DNA from: Aureliella sp.
GTDB lineage: Bacteria; Planctomycetota; Planctomycetia; Pirellulales; Pirellulaceae
Assembly: GCA_963691875.1 (NCBI GenBank)
Contig: OY829846.1
Coordinates: 4,032,001 to 4,096,000 of the forward strand
Length of the DNA stretch: 64,000 bases
Reading direction: 5' to 3'
Made by a program: the position numbers and the translations under genes. Numbering within the stretch: the first letter of the stretch is position 1; each line of letters starts with the position of its first letter. The notes under the pieces were generated by a model, which saw only the letters and a program-made list of their open reading frames with translations, was not told the origin of the DNA and searched no databases. Below are positions 41,973-52,930 of this stretch, piece after piece.

Positions 41973-42055
41973 AAGGTGGGATAAGCCATCCCTCCCGCGA
42001 ACGGGAGGTTGACGAGTAATCTCAAAGCGCATCCTTGCTCCTTCGCGGCCAATCC

Positions 42056-43956
42056 TTAGCGTAGGAAGCAAGCAAACTCGAACCAGAAGTCATCGAATTC
42101 CGTGAAGATGGCGATCCACGGATTCTGTTCTTCTTGTTCACTGGTTTCTGCCAACTCGTCCTCAGTCGAGTCACCTTCTGCACTTGCTTCTGGTGCAGAA
42201 TCTAGCTCTTCGATCTCGGTCACAGGTTCGTCGATCACAGCAGATCCAATGGGCTCTTCGGATACTGTCTCGGCAGTGACGTCCGGATCAAAACATGGAT
42301 CCTCAGGCAACAAGTTCTCACCTGCGGGCCACAGGTCTTCGGCAGCGATTCCAGCGCGCACAGGTTCCGGCGTTGGAGCATTCACGTACAAAGTCGCTAC
42401 AGCAAGTTGGCTCTGCAAGTCACCTTCCGTTGCTAGATAGAGAATCGAGTCGGTGCCCGAAAAGTCAGCATCAGGCGTGAATTGAAATGAACCATCCTCG
42501 CTCATCTGCAGCTCACCATGCTTCGGGCCACGAAACAGCTCGACCTGCATGGGTTCCGCATTGGAAGGATCTTCGACATCATTGGCCAGTACGCCTTCTG
42601 GTGCTTCGACGACGAGTGTCTCACCCGCTGTGATTTATAGGACTCGTTGACCGCAACAGGATCTTCGATAACTTCATTCACCAAGACAGAGACGATAGCC
42701 ATATCGGAATCAGATCCATCCGTGGCGTGATAGGAGAACTCGTCTGTGCCAAAGAAGCCTTCTTCCGGCGTATACACCCAATTGCCATCGGCATCGACTT
42801 CGAGTGATCCATTTACTGGAGCTTGGGCAATCTCCGCCACCAAGGAATCGCCTTCGAGATCTATGTCGTTGGCTAACAGGGAGTCAGCAGCGAAGATGAT
42901 GGCGGCACCCTCGTCCGTCTCCATATTGTCGTCCGTTGCAACAGGAGCATCGTTCACCGCTTCGATGACAATCTCAGCTTCGACGATACCACTTAGCAAC
43001 TCACCATCGCTGACACGATAAGTGAATCGATCCGTGCCGTGGAAATTTGCTTCGGGCGTGTAGCGGAATCCACCATCATCCATCACTTCGAGTGTGCCGT
43101 TTTCAGGCTGACTTTCGAGAACAATCTCCAAAGACGTATCGCCGTCTGCATCGAAGTCATTACTGAGAATGACATCAGAGGCAATCTCGAGCACCGCGTC
43201 TTCTTCCATCAAGAAGCTCTCACCGGTTGTTTGAGGAGCATCTGCCATGGCCGTGACGGTTAGCTCTACGACAACCAAGTCACTTTGCTTCGCACCATCA
43301 CTGATCTGATACGTGAAGGCATCGGTGCCATAGAAATTTGGATCAGGTGTGTAAGTAAAACTTCCGTCTTCCGCAAGCTCTACCGTGCCGTTCTCGGTCG
43401 AATCCACAATCTCAACGACCATCGTGTCGCCGTTCTCGTCGAAGTCATTGGCTAGCACACCCTCTTCGGCAAGCAGCGTCAACACGCTATCTTCTTCGAG
43501 CAAGCACAGATCATTGCCTCCGACGGGCGTGATGTTGGGGGCAGTGACTTCGATGGTGACCGCCGCGAACTGGCTCTGCGAGTCACCGTCGTCTACTTGG
43601 TACATGAAACCGTCCATGCCGACAAAGCCAGGATCCGGCTGATAGAAAAACGTTCCATCGGGGTTGAAGTTGAGTTCTCCATGCTGAGGTCCGGTGAATT
43701 CGTTGGCGGTTAGGCTATCGCCAGTGAGAACATCATTAGCCAGAACGCCGCTGGTTTCGACTTGAAGTGCTTCATCGATGGTGGCTTCGTAAAAGTCGTT
43801 GATCGCGACTGGAACCAAGCCCGCAAAGACCTTTCGGCTTTCGAGCGATTCCATGCGCAAGTGATGCTTTAGCGCCTCGCGTCGTTCGGTCTCACGACCA
43901 CGACGAGAGTTTTGCAAAGCAATCTCAGAAGACTGTGACTTTTTGAAAATCCCCAT
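42056..43956 (-). pseudogene. Planctomycete surface protein with tandem Ig-like/cadherin-like (tandem-95) repeats, frameshifted near 42635
   Basis: N-terminal LRMESLESRKVFAG export motif; five ~95-aa PVAxxD...LAND...G.F.Y.P...F.G.D.F.Y repeats. The fifth repeat switches frame (NESY / ITAGETLVVEAPEGVLAND). Confidence 0.85.
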
Positions 43957-44436
43957 TGGATTTCTCCGTGCTAGAAGGTGGCGTAGACCACTGTGCACGC
44001 AAACTTGCTGGTCACCGAAGCGGCTGCGCGAAATGAATTCGCGAATTGCATTCACCGTAATAACCTAGGCAAAACGTATAGTTCGATCGGATCGCGACGC
44101 GCGTGGACGGGCACCGTTGCCAACGCCGTATCAGCGAGGTATTCGATCATTGGCTGAGAGATTCAGCGTGCGAGCGTAGGGCAAAGTTGAGAAACGCAGT
44201 TCGCACGCATGATCACTTCGCGTTCGAATCGGTCAACGAAAGTGGAAGAGAACACTGAGCTCGAGAGTCAGCGCTAGCAATTGAGTTCGCCAAGCCAGCG
44301 TGTGAAGAACGCTACTATCGCGCAATCTTGCGGAAAATTCAAAAGATCTCGCTTTTGCATTTTTGGGTTCATGCCAGCGAAAATGTCCGACCGTGGCGCG
44401 AAACAATTTGCATTCTTGTTTTACGCACCGCCGGAG

Positions 44437-44466
44437 ATATAAGCACGACGCGCCAGTGAGTGAGTC
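44437..44466 (+). repeat. Second short intergenic repeat family (ATAyAAGCAsGAmGCGC.AG.GA)
   Basis: ATATAAGCACGACGCGCCAGTGAGTG resembles ATACAAGCAGGAAGCGCGAGCGACTT at ~46429-46454. Confidence 0.45.
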
Positions 44467-44483
44467 ACTGAGATTGCATCTTT

Positions 44484-44520
44484 TCGTTTCACGCCGAGCC
44501 GTAGGCGCCGGCTTTGGAAT
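44484..44520 (-). repeat. REP-like repeat, copy 3
   Basis: Reverse complement ATTCCAAAGCCGGCGCCTACGGCTCGGCGTGAAACGA. Confidence 0.8.
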
Positions 44521-44593
44521 TTTGCCATAATCATCAGTCGTTGGACGAGGTCGTACTGGCTTGCGCGTACTCGTAAAGCCCCAGCGTGGCCGC

Positions 44594-45190
44594 TCAAACC
44601 TCAACGCGCAAGCGAAAAGCCCATTGCGTGGTGCTGGCACCCTCGCCGATCTGGACGGGTCGGAAACTGATTTGCTGAGACGCAATACTTGCGACCGACG
44701 ATGGCGCGATTGCTTCCAGCGTGATCTTGCCTGATGAATCCAAGGTGATCGCTTCTGAGCAAACGTCTTGGTCGGCCAACGGCTCGACACCTTCGGCCAT
44801 CCATTGATAGCTACTCGAGAGCTTCTCTGCGGCAACCGAGCTTCGACATGCTAGCTCAACAATCCAACACTTCAGGTCAGGCACAAGCGTAAAACTAGCT
44901 GACCAATGTCCTCGACCAGCCATGCCTACGCCAAAGATAACTTCTCGACCATCTGCGAAAGACTGGCTGTGGATTTGCTGTAGTGGCGGGCTACTTGGCC
45001 AAGCTTCCTCTAAGCTTGATTCGACAGAATCGAGATTCACGCTGGAATCAGGAAAGCTCCAGCGATGCAGATATCGTTCACCAGAACGCAAGAAACTTAG
45101 CAGTCCCAAGGGACCACCGTCGAGTTGCAAAGAATCGTTCTCGCTTTCGGTCATAGCCAAGTTTGTTTGCCTTCGAGAGGAGTCGGGCAA
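44594..45190 (-). CDS. Hypothetical protein
   Basis: 198-aa ORF with protein-like composition (WPSSPPLQQIH, GVGMAGRGHWSAS, ELACR); co-oriented with the neighbours. Confidence 0.75.
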   Translation of the reverse strand: MPDSSRRQTNLAMTESENDSLQLDGGPLGLLSFLRSGERYLHRWSFPDSSVNLDSVESSLEEAWPSSPPLQQIHSQSFADGREVIFGVGMAGRGHWSASFTLVPDLKCWIVELACRSSVAAEKLSSSYQWMAEGVEPLADQDVCSEAITLDSSGKITLEAIAPSSVASIASQQISFRPVQIGEGASTTQWAFRLRVEV

Positions 45191-45234
45191 TCAATTGTAA
45201 TATTTTTTTGCTGCCCCTACAGATCCCTCTGTTG

Positions 45235-45260
45235 GTAGCGGAAGTCGCTCTTCCTTTTCG
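45235..45260 (+). repeat. Degenerate GTAG-type REP-like element
   Basis: GTAGCGGAAGTCG is identical to the first 13 nt of the 13847 copy. Confidence 0.55.
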
Positions 45261-45323
45261 AGCGGCGGATCCATCCTGCAATTTGGGATTCCTGGGATGG
45301 TGCGCGCTTCGGGCCTCTGGGCA

Positions 45324-46313
45324 CTAAGCACCCGTCAACTGAGCAATCACCGACTGGGTGATACGATCACTGTACGTGTTTAGCTTCCAATGTCCGGGTG
45401 ACCAACCGGATAGAAAGCGACAGAAGTCGGCCCAGGCAAAGGGATAGAGCTCACGCCACTCGTGCTCAAGCGTCGAGAAGTCGAAATCTATGTGATGAAT
45501 CGCCAAAAATGCTTGGAGTCGCTCAAAATAGAACGAAAGCAACGACTCTTGCTGCTCAGCGGCTTCCTTTTCACTCAGACAACTACTGATGAAGTAGGCA
45601 ACATCCTTCATCCCGCAGCCGCGGCCAACGTACTGAAAATCCACGGCGGCAACCTGCTCATCGTCATCGCGATCCGAGAAACAAAAGTTAGCTACTTTTG
45701 CGTCTCCGTGCACGAGTGTTTGTGACTGCGTTTGGTTCAGACGCCGATCAATTTCAGCTGCATACTCCTTTAAAGGACCATCTTCCATTGCCGCCAACTC
45801 ATCAGGCCGCGTGTCTAAGTGCCAATAAGTTCCAATCGACCAGAGACCTGACGCACCGCTGTTCATGAACTTCGCGTGGAAATTGGCAAGCCAACTCAGG
45901 CAAGCTCGAATCTCAGCGGCAGTAACCCCATGTTTCCGCGAAGAGAAGTTAGCTGAGTCAAGATCCTCCAGAACCAAAATCCAGCCACCTTGATCTTCTT
46001 TCTCATGCGCGGCGATAAACTTCGGAACTCGGCAGTGTTCATCACACTGCAACGCAAAGGCTCTATAGAAAGCCGTCTCCACCTGATAGGAACGCACCTT
46101 TCGCTGGTGCGAGATATCCCCACCCCATCCACGATGATTTTCTAAAGAGCTCGACAGATCGATGTGTTTGATAACGACTTCTTTTCGTTCCGCGCCGATC
46201 AATCGTGCTCGCTGGATCATCCCATATCCACTCCACAGGCTCTGGATCTCTTCACCCAACTCGACGTCTCGAGCACATGTGATTTTGCAAATTGTTTTGC
46301 TTAGACTATTCAC
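45324..46313 (-). CDS. Choline/aminoglycoside/ecdysteroid kinase-like phosphotransferase
   Basis: SLWSGYG, VVIK, LVLEDL, Brenner motif [18 protein letters not shown]. Confidence 0.88.
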   Translation of the reverse strand: MNSLSKTICKITCARDVELGEEIQSLWSGYGMIQRARLIGAERKEVVIKHIDLSSSLENHRGWGGDISHQRKVRSYQVETAFYRAFALQCDEHCRVPKFIAAHEKEDQGGWILVLEDLDSANFSSRKHGVTAAEIRACLSWLANFHAKFMNSGASGLWSIGTYWHLDTRPDELAAMEDGPLKEYAAEIDRRLNQTQSQTLVHGDAKVANFCFSDRDDDEQVAAVDFQYVGRGCGMKDVAYFISSCLSEKEAAEQQESLLSFYFERLQAFLAIHHIDFDFSTLEHEWRELYPFAWADFCRFLSGWSPGHWKLNTYSDRITQSVIAQLTGA

Positions 46314-46665
46314 TGTTCCAACTCAGCCCTCGGGAGATAGCGGTTGCATTCTGCACAAATGAGCGATCGCGCGAAGAGGAATCAAGAGAGAACGGATGAA
46401 GATAGACTTCGAACAACGGAATCATTTAATACAAGCAGGAAGCGCGAGCGACTTAATCTCTGGCAGGTTTGTAGCATCGACCTATCTAGTCTGTCCCTAG
46501 GGACGCGAAACACCTAAAAGACGTCGCCGAAAAGTCTGAACACTCAGCTAGTCGGCAATGTGACTGACACCAACGAGTTCACATAGCTCTTTTTGAAATA
46601 TCCGTGAGTCCTGGACCACCTTACTTTCTCACGGTAGCAAGGTGATGTTTATTTCATGAGCGGTA

Positions 46666-47058
46666 TCATTGAGGTGAGTCCGGTTTTTCATGATGAGCCG
46701 CTGGGTCATCTGCGAAGCTTACAAAGCAGAGGACATGCTTGAGGATGCGACGTGTGTGATTGACGTGTCGTTTCACACTTTCAAACTCTTCGTCAGTCAA
46801 TCGCCCGGGTTTGTTCAGGGTGTGATTGCTGACGCCAAGCTTGCCTAAGTCGTTCAATAGTGCGGCGCGACGCCAGTAACGATTGCGTTGTTCGTCGTAC
46901 CCCAACTCCTGCAGGATTCTAATCATCGCAACGGCAACGCCATAGGAGTGACGTGAGGTCCAACGGCTCTTGGCGTCAATGACATCCACGAAATCCTCAG
47001 CACTAGCGTCGAGTCGGTCTTCGTTCAGACTGATCTTGTCTTTCGGGCTCAAACTCAA
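46666..47058 (-). pseudogene. Truncated HD-GYP domain remnant
   Basis: VIDAKSRWTSRHS, ALLNDLGKLGV (HD changed to ND), KPGRLTDEEF, HHEK then a stop before GYP; no N-terminal part. Confidence 0.8.
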
Positions 47059-47152
47059 GGTTTGATCACATGAGCGAAAGCGATACGTATAGGGCTCTGG
47101 CGAAGAGGACTGCTAAAGCCTAGACTTCAGCAGATGAGTTTGCATAGTGAAG

Positions 47153-48313
47153 CTAACTGTCGGTTTGGAGGATAGCGGCAGCGTAGCCGAGGAGGTCGTC
47201 GCGCTGTTTGCAGATCTCACGCATCGACTCAAACTTGCCAAGCCGTTCGCTGAGCTGCAATAGTGTCGGAGCGATTCCCATGGTGCGAGCTCCCGTGGGA
47301 ATTCGTTTGTTGTATGCAGCGAGTGCTTCTTCATGGCGCTCACAGCGAGAGAGAAGATCAACAAGAACTTCCACCGCAACAAGTCCAAATTGGTTTTGGT
47401 CGACTGAGTCGGCCTTCTGCGAGAAGTAGCGAATGCTGGCGTCGACTTGTTGTCCCAGCAAAGCTCTGAAGAAAGCGGCGGAAGCCGGATAGAGATCCAA
47501 AAAGGGTTCCTCGCCAGGATACTGATACTGCGGATGCAGCTTCAGTCCGTACGCCGTGATGTCAAGTGCCAATTCAATGCTTTCCCGATCGTCTAGCACA
47601 CGAGCAAAGCGTACCGTCGAGGACAAGTGGCTAGTATCGAGGTGATAGGATCCATCTTTTAGCAGCTCGGGACGATCCTTGATGATGTCAGCTACACGAT
47701 TGCCTTCTGGCTCTGAGCCTTCTTGTTGCGCGATATCACGCTTCACATTGCCAAGTAGCTCTTCGTGCACGTGACGAACGAGTAGAGCCGCAGCAATCAT
47801 TTGATCCGGTCGTGGTCGCTGAGCCAGAGCGGACTCAAACATGGTAATGCTGTTGCAAGTACCCAGTTGGTCGAGTGCCAGCTGGTAGCCGCGAGCAATG
47901 TCGACGCCTTCGTGCAGGAGGACTTCCAGCATTTCCTCCGTGTTTTCGTCGTTCGGCTGAACCGCTCGCATGGCTTTGGCCGCTGCGTCGCGGTCGCCGA
48001 CAGGTCGCATGTACATCCAGCCTTCGCGAATCTGACCATCTTTCAGGAATAGTTCACCGACTTGCCTGCAGGAATCAATCAGCCCTCGTTCAAGCTTGAG
48101 TTCTAGTTCGTCGCTCAGTTTCTCTTCGCTATCAGCTTGAGCCGCGCTAAGGCCCAGCTGGACTCGCAGCCGCATCTTCAGAGCCTCAAACAACTCGTGA
48201 TAGAGCTTCTCGCCCTGTAAGTGCTCAATCAGCCGATCGATCGCCGCTTCGGGAGTACCTGCGGATACGGCGGCTTCGATGTCTTCGTAGATTGTCTGGG
48301 ATTGCGTCGACAT
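47153..48313 (-). CDS. Hypothetical all-helical protein
   Basis: ~386-aa ORF (GTCNSIT, YHLDTSHLSSTVRFAR motifs); function not recognised. Confidence 0.8.
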   Translation of the reverse strand: MSTQSQTIYEDIEAAVSAGTPEAAIDRLIEHLQGEKLYHELFEALKMRLRVQLGLSAAQADSEEKLSDELELKLERGLIDSCRQVGELFLKDGQIREGWMYMRPVGDRDAAAKAMRAVQPNDENTEEMLEVLLHEGVDIARGYQLALDQLGTCNSITMFESALAQRPRPDQMIAAALLVRHVHEELLGNVKRDIAQQEGSEPEGNRVADIIKDRPELLKDGSYHLDTSHLSSTVRFARVLDDRESIELALDITAYGLKLHPQYQYPGEEPFLDLYPASAAFFRALLGQQVDASIRYFSQKADSVDQNQFGLVAVEVLVDLLSRCERHEEALAAYNKRIPTGARTMGIAPTLLQLSERLGKFESMREICKQRDDLLGYAAAILQTDS

Positions 48314-48420
48314 GGCGGAAATCTCTGCGGAAACCAAGGCTTCGAATTCTTCGAACCCCTAGCGTTCTGGACTCATAAACGGGAAAACTGTCATTCCGTC
48401 AGGGTCTATCAAGCAAGCAG

Positions 48421-48484
48421 ACCCTCCCCGTCGCTGAGGCTCCGACCCTCCCCAAATTCCTCGCAAAACTCGGAAGGGGAGGGT
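48421..48484. repeat. CCCTCCCC...GGGGAGGG palindromic element between divergent genes
   Basis: ACCCTCCCC occurs twice (48421, 48445); the second pairs with GGGGAGGGT (48476-84). A shorter relative, CCTCCCG-CGAA-CGGGAGG, lies at ~41991-42008. Confidence 0.55.
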
Positions 48485-48562
48485 GACTTGGAACGGTGAG
48501 TATGAAACGGCCTGACGGAAGCGAAACAGTATAGGCGAGTTTGAGCAGAAAGACGACTTACG

Positions 48563-50488
48563 ATGGGAACGGAGAAAGCTTCTTTTGAAGGCTTGGCGGT
48601 CGCAGCTTTAGAAAGTCGGCGACAAGCGGACATGGAACGGATGATTGCCAAGTTCGGCGGCAAGCCCTTTGTGAGTCCCTCGATGCGCGAAGTCCCCATC
48701 GAAGAAAATCGCGAAGCTGTCGACTTTGCCTACGGTGTGATGACGGGCGACATCAATATCGTCGTGTTCCTCACAGGTGTTGGCTTCAAGGGCTTGTTGA
48801 AAGCCATTGAGCGAAAGTTGGATGTGCAACGCTTCCTCGATGCATTGTCCGACGTGACAACTGTGGTGCGAGGTCCTAAGCCAGCGGCAGCGATGCGCGA
48901 AGTAAAGCTAACTCCGACCATCAAAGTGCCCGAGCCGAATACGTGGCGAGAACTGCTAAAGTCCCTCGATGAGAATGTGTCGATTACCAACCAAAAAGTT
49001 GGCTTGCAGGAATACGGTACCACCAATCGAAGCTTGTTGGCTGGCCTGGAAGCTCGAGGCGCTGAAGTCATCCCACTGCGTATTTATAACTATGACTTAC
49101 CCGAAAACACCCAGCCGTTGGAGTCAAACATTCGGGCAATCATCGCGGGTGAGCGTGACCTATTATTGTTGACGAGCGCCCATCAAATTGCCAACATGCT
49201 TCGGCTGAGCGAGCAGATGGGGCTTGAATCGCAACTACGCGAAGCACTCCGCCAAATCATCGTGTCGTCCATCGGCCCGACCACTAGCGACACTCTGCGA
49301 CACAATGAACTGCCGATCGACTTGGAGCCAGCTCATCCTAAAATGGGACACTTGGTTCAAGAGAGTGCAGCGCGGGCTCATAGTTTGATTTCTGGACGCA
49401 CCATAAAAACTACCGTACTCGAAACCACAGGACGTGAAGTCATGGACAAACAAGCAGCTTGGTACGATGGCCCCTTCATGCGAGCCTGCCGACGAGAAGC
49501 TTCTTCCGTCACCCCTGTATGGTTGATGCGGCAAGCTGGACGTTACATGGCCGAGTACCGGGCAGTGCGCGAGCAGTTTAGTTTCCTCGAACTGTGCAAA
49601 AATCCCGCGCTCTGTGCTGAAGTGATGGTGACAGCCGTCGAGAAGTTGGGCGTGGACGCTGCTATCATCTTTTCGGACTTGCTGCCGATCCTAGAGCCCA
49701 TGGGAATGGACCTCGAGTTTGCCAAAGGCGACGGTCCGGTCATTCACAATCCGCTTCGTGAAGTCTCCGACGTCGATCGGGTTCAAGAATTGTCTTCGAT
49801 GGAAGAGCTCGACTTCGTGATGGAAACAGTTTCTATGACGCGAGCCTCGATGGCCGAGGAGATCCCAGTTATTGGCTTTGCCGGAGCTCCCTTTACACTC
49901 GCCAGCTACATGATCGAAGGCGGAGGAAGTCGCAACTACCATCACACAAAGTCGCTCATGTATCGCGATTTCGGTGCATGGGACGTTCTCATGACCAAGC
50001 TTTCAAAGACAATTGCAAGATACCTGAACAGCCAAATTGTTGCGGGGGCACAATGCGTGCAGCTGTTTGACTCGTGGGCGGGGTGTTTGTCCTATCAGGA
50101 TTATCAGAAGTTCTGCTATCCCTACGTCAAGCAAATCATCGACTCGATTGTGCCAGATGTGCCAGTAATTAATTTTGCAACGGGCAACCCAACATTGCTG
50201 CCGCTCTTGCGTGGCGATAGCCGAACAGTGGTTGGTATCGACTGGCGCATCCCTCTGGATATGGCTTGGAAGCAAGTCGGTCATGATCGCGGCGTACAAG
50301 GCAATCTGGATCCAGTTTCACTCTTTGCTGAACCGGAAATCCTCAAACAGATGACCAGCGAAGTTTTGCAGCGTGCTGGCGGACGCGCAGGACACATCTT
50401 CAATCTTGGTCACGGTATCCTTCCTCAGACGCCTGTCGACAATGCGATTGCTTTAGTCGACATGGTGCATGAGCTCAGCCAAAAGTAG
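48563..50488 (+). CDS. hemE: Fused uroporphyrinogen-III synthase (HemD) and uroporphyrinogen decarboxylase (HemE)
   Basis: N-terminal ~280 aa HemD-like (LESRR, FLTGVG, RGPKP, SIGPTT); C-terminal HemE (PVWLMRQAGRY, AAIIFSDL, QLFDSW, QGNLDP, FNLGHG). Confidence 0.95.
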   Translation: MGTEKASFEGLAVAALESRRQADMERMIAKFGGKPFVSPSMREVPIEENREAVDFAYGVMTGDINIVVFLTGVGFKGLLKAIERKLDVQRFLDALSDVTTVVRGPKPAAAMREVKLTPTIKVPEPNTWRELLKSLDENVSITNQKVGLQEYGTTNRSLLAGLEARGAEVIPLRIYNYDLPENTQPLESNIRAIIAGERDLLLLTSAHQIANMLRLSEQMGLESQLREALRQIIVSSIGPTTSDTLRHNELPIDLEPAHPKMGHLVQESAARAHSLISGRTIKTTVLETTGREVMDKQAAWYDGPFMRACRREASSVTPVWLMRQAGRYMAEYRAVREQFSFLELCKNPALCAEVMVTAVEKLGVDAAIIFSDLLPILEPMGMDLEFAKGDGPVIHNPLREVSDVDRVQELSSMEELDFVMETVSMTRASMAEEIPVIGFAGAPFTLASYMIEGGGSRNYHHTKSLMYRDFGAWDVLMTKLSKTIARYLNSQIVAGAQCVQLFDSWAGCLSYQDYQKFCYPYVKQIIDSIVPDVPVINFATGNPTLLPLLRGDSRTVVGIDWRIPLDMAWKQVGHDRGVQGNLDPVSLFAEPEILKQMTSEVLQRAGGRAGHIFNLGHGILPQTPVDNAIALVDMVHELSQK

Positions 50489-50826
50489 CAAATGAGTAGA
50501 AGCCGAGCGTAGATGTTACGGCATCGCAGAAGTACCTTCACTTCTACGGTTTTCGATTGCAAGCTAGACTTCAGTTTGGCTCCTATTGTCGTGCCGCCAG
50601 CTTTGCCGAAAGATTCTAGCGGTAAACAGAGGCGATCGTTTCACGCTCAGCAATAGTCGCCGGCTTGCCTGTCCCGTCTTGACAGTGCTGAACTCGTTAA
50701 TGGCCTAAGGCAGGGATCGTTGGTTACTGCAAAGGCGTGGAACGAAGAACTCAGTGGTAAGCACGCCGTGCGAGTAGTAGCTCCGTTTCGGACGTTTCTC
50801 ATCACTCTAAGGCGTTCATATTTGCG

Positions 50827-51564
50827 ATGAAACTTTATGCTATCGATCAGCATGATCAGCTGCTACACATATGGCGTGAGTCGAATGCTTCTAGTCTGCA
50901 CGTTGTCCATGTTGATTTTCACTGTGACATGCGCGGTTTGCTCGTCGATCGCGAGCGACAGCTGGGATGGAAGATTTCTGAAGTTCGCAGCACGCTGGAC
51001 GAAGGTAACTATCTGCGATACGGGATTTTTGAGGACATCGTGGATGGCGTGACTTGGGTGCATGGCACGCCTGGCGGTCGGATGTGTGATTTCCACACGC
51101 TCAAGTATACGACCGATTGGTCTACCCGCTTTCACCGTAAGGAAATGGCATCGCAGAAACCCAAGCCGCTGCGCTACGAAGTTTCTACGATGGGGGAGTG
51201 GCAGGGCACGGATGAGCAAGTCTTCTTGGACATCGATTGGGACACTTTTGCAGATCAGTCGTTGCCTGTGACGGAGATCGACGCTCGGGTGGAAGAGTTC
51301 TTGAGTAAGCCAATCGGTCCCAACTTGCAGGGCATCGCGGTATGCTATTCCAGGCATCACAGTCACGATACTCGAGAGCAATACGACGCGTTCGTCTCGC
51401 GTTTGGCGAAGAAGTATGGAGCCGAGGTCGAAAAGGTAGAGTACGTTGAAGGTTCCAACGTGATCCCGCTACGCAAAAAAATCATTCCACCGAGCGTTTA
51501 CAGCGCGCTGCAATCGATCTATCACGGATTTCGATTGTTTCTCAAACGCCGCGGAATTTATTGA
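50827..51564 (+). CDS. UPF0489-like / arginase-deacetylase fold protein
   Basis: DQH, HVDFHCD, DEGNY and FLDIDWDTF metal-ligand-like motifs. Confidence 0.7.
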   Translation: MKLYAIDQHDQLLHIWRESNASSLHVVHVDFHCDMRGLLVDRERQLGWKISEVRSTLDEGNYLRYGIFEDIVDGVTWVHGTPGGRMCDFHTLKYTTDWSTRFHRKEMASQKPKPLRYEVSTMGEWQGTDEQVFLDIDWDTFADQSLPVTEIDARVEEFLSKPIGPNLQGIAVCYSRHHSHDTREQYDAFVSRLAKKYGAEVEKVEYVEGSNVIPLRKKIIPPSVYSALQSIYHGFRLFLKRRGIY

Positions 51565-51640
51565 GAGTCGCCGATTACTCCGCTTGCGGGAGCGCCCTGC
51601 TTGTATATCGCGCTTTGTGTTGGAGGTAGGGAAAGCGGTA

Positions 51641-52744
51641 CTAGCTCTGACTCTCTTTCGAAGTCCTGGCGCGAGGACGCACGCGGTTCTGAGGCATGCT
51701 GGGCGATGGAACCTTGTTGGTTCCTTCGTCGAATAAGGTCTTCATTTTGGGTGAAGTGGACGATTCCGCAGATCCCACGTTTGTAGTGCTCGGAGCTTTG
51801 GCCTGTTGCACCACCAAAGGTTGGCTGCTTGGCAAGTGCAACTCCATCTGTGGGAACGGAATGCCGATGCCGAACTCGTCCAATCGCAATTTAACTTCCT
51901 CAGTCAAAGCCTCTTTGACCAGGAAGTAGTCTTCAGTATGGGCCCAGAATCGAATGGTCCAATCGACGGAACTGGCTCCGAGGTTCGACAGGACAATTTG
52001 GTATCCACGACCTTCGCGAGCAATCATAACATCGGCAAAGCTCTCCGCACATTCGGCCAGAACACTCCGCGTTGCATCTAAGCTGGCCGAATAGTCGACT
52101 CCGATCGAGATGTCGACGCGGCGCTCCGCGTGAAAGGTAATGTTTTCGATTGTCGCACTTGTGATGGCGCTGTTGGGAACGATCAATCGTCGATTGTCAG
52201 GTGTGTCAAAGGTTGTCGTGAACAGATCAATGGCGTTGACTTTGCCCGTGATTCCAGCTGTATTCACCACATCGCCGACTTGAAAGGGCCGGAAGACAAG
52301 CAACAAAATACCTGCTGCAAAGTTGCTGAGTGTACCTTGGAATGCAAGGCCGATAGCAAAACCTGCGGCAGCTAGAACAGCTGCAAAACCTGCGACACCG
52401 ACCCCAAGAGTCTGCAGGACGGCAAGCCCACAGATCATCATGACGGAATAGAACACCAGCTTGCCCGCAAACTTTCCGAGCGTTTCATCGATTCGCTGAC
52501 AGATCGCTTTTGCTATCCAACGAGAGAATAACTTGGCGACAAAATACGCTACGATCAGAACAGCGAGAGCACAGACTGCTGGGATCAGTACGTTCACCGC
52601 CAAGACCATACTGGCGTCGGTGACGTCGCCAGCCATCAGCTTCTCGTATGACTCGGCAATCGTATCCGAGAAAGTCGGCTTCGCCGTCTCGATGGAACCA
52701 GATTCTAGGGAAGGCGCGGAAGCGGGATCGGTTGAAGTTGGCAT
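51641..52744 (-). CDS. mscS: Small-conductance mechanosensitive channel
   Basis: AIGLAFQGTLSNFAAGI, RPFQVGD, IVPNS, IGIPFPQ. Confidence 0.93.
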   Translation of the reverse strand: MPTSTDPASAPSLESGSIETAKPTFSDTIAESYEKLMAGDVTDASMVLAVNVLIPAVCALAVLIVAYFVAKLFSRWIAKAICQRIDETLGKFAGKLVFYSVMMICGLAVLQTLGVGVAGFAAVLAAAGFAIGLAFQGTLSNFAAGILLLVFRPFQVGDVVNTAGITGKVNAIDLFTTTFDTPDNRRLIVPNSAITSATIENITFHAERRVDISIGVDYSASLDATRSVLAECAESFADVMIAREGRGYQIVLSNLGASSVDWTIRFWAHTEDYFLVKEALTEEVKLRLDEFGIGIPFPQMELHLPSSQPLVVQQAKAPSTTNVGSAESSTSPKMKTLFDEGTNKVPSPSMPQNRVRPRARTSKESQS

Positions 52745-52930
52745 CGGTCAATGACTTCGATCTAGCTAAGGAGGACTCTTAGATTCACCTGCGTCGGCCA
52801 TCTATTTGGGCCGCATAGCGACAGCGGAGAGTACACTGTTAGGCGAGTTTGCGGATACGTCATTTCGACATCGAACGTGCGAATGACGCGGTTGCGCAAT
52901 TTCAGACGACAGAAAAACGGCGAGACGGAC

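Noticed and set aside
44233..44835. 200-aa alternative ORF
   Set aside because: It overlaps the 44594-45190 gene in another frame, runs through REP repeats and has an Arg/Ser-rich spurious composition.
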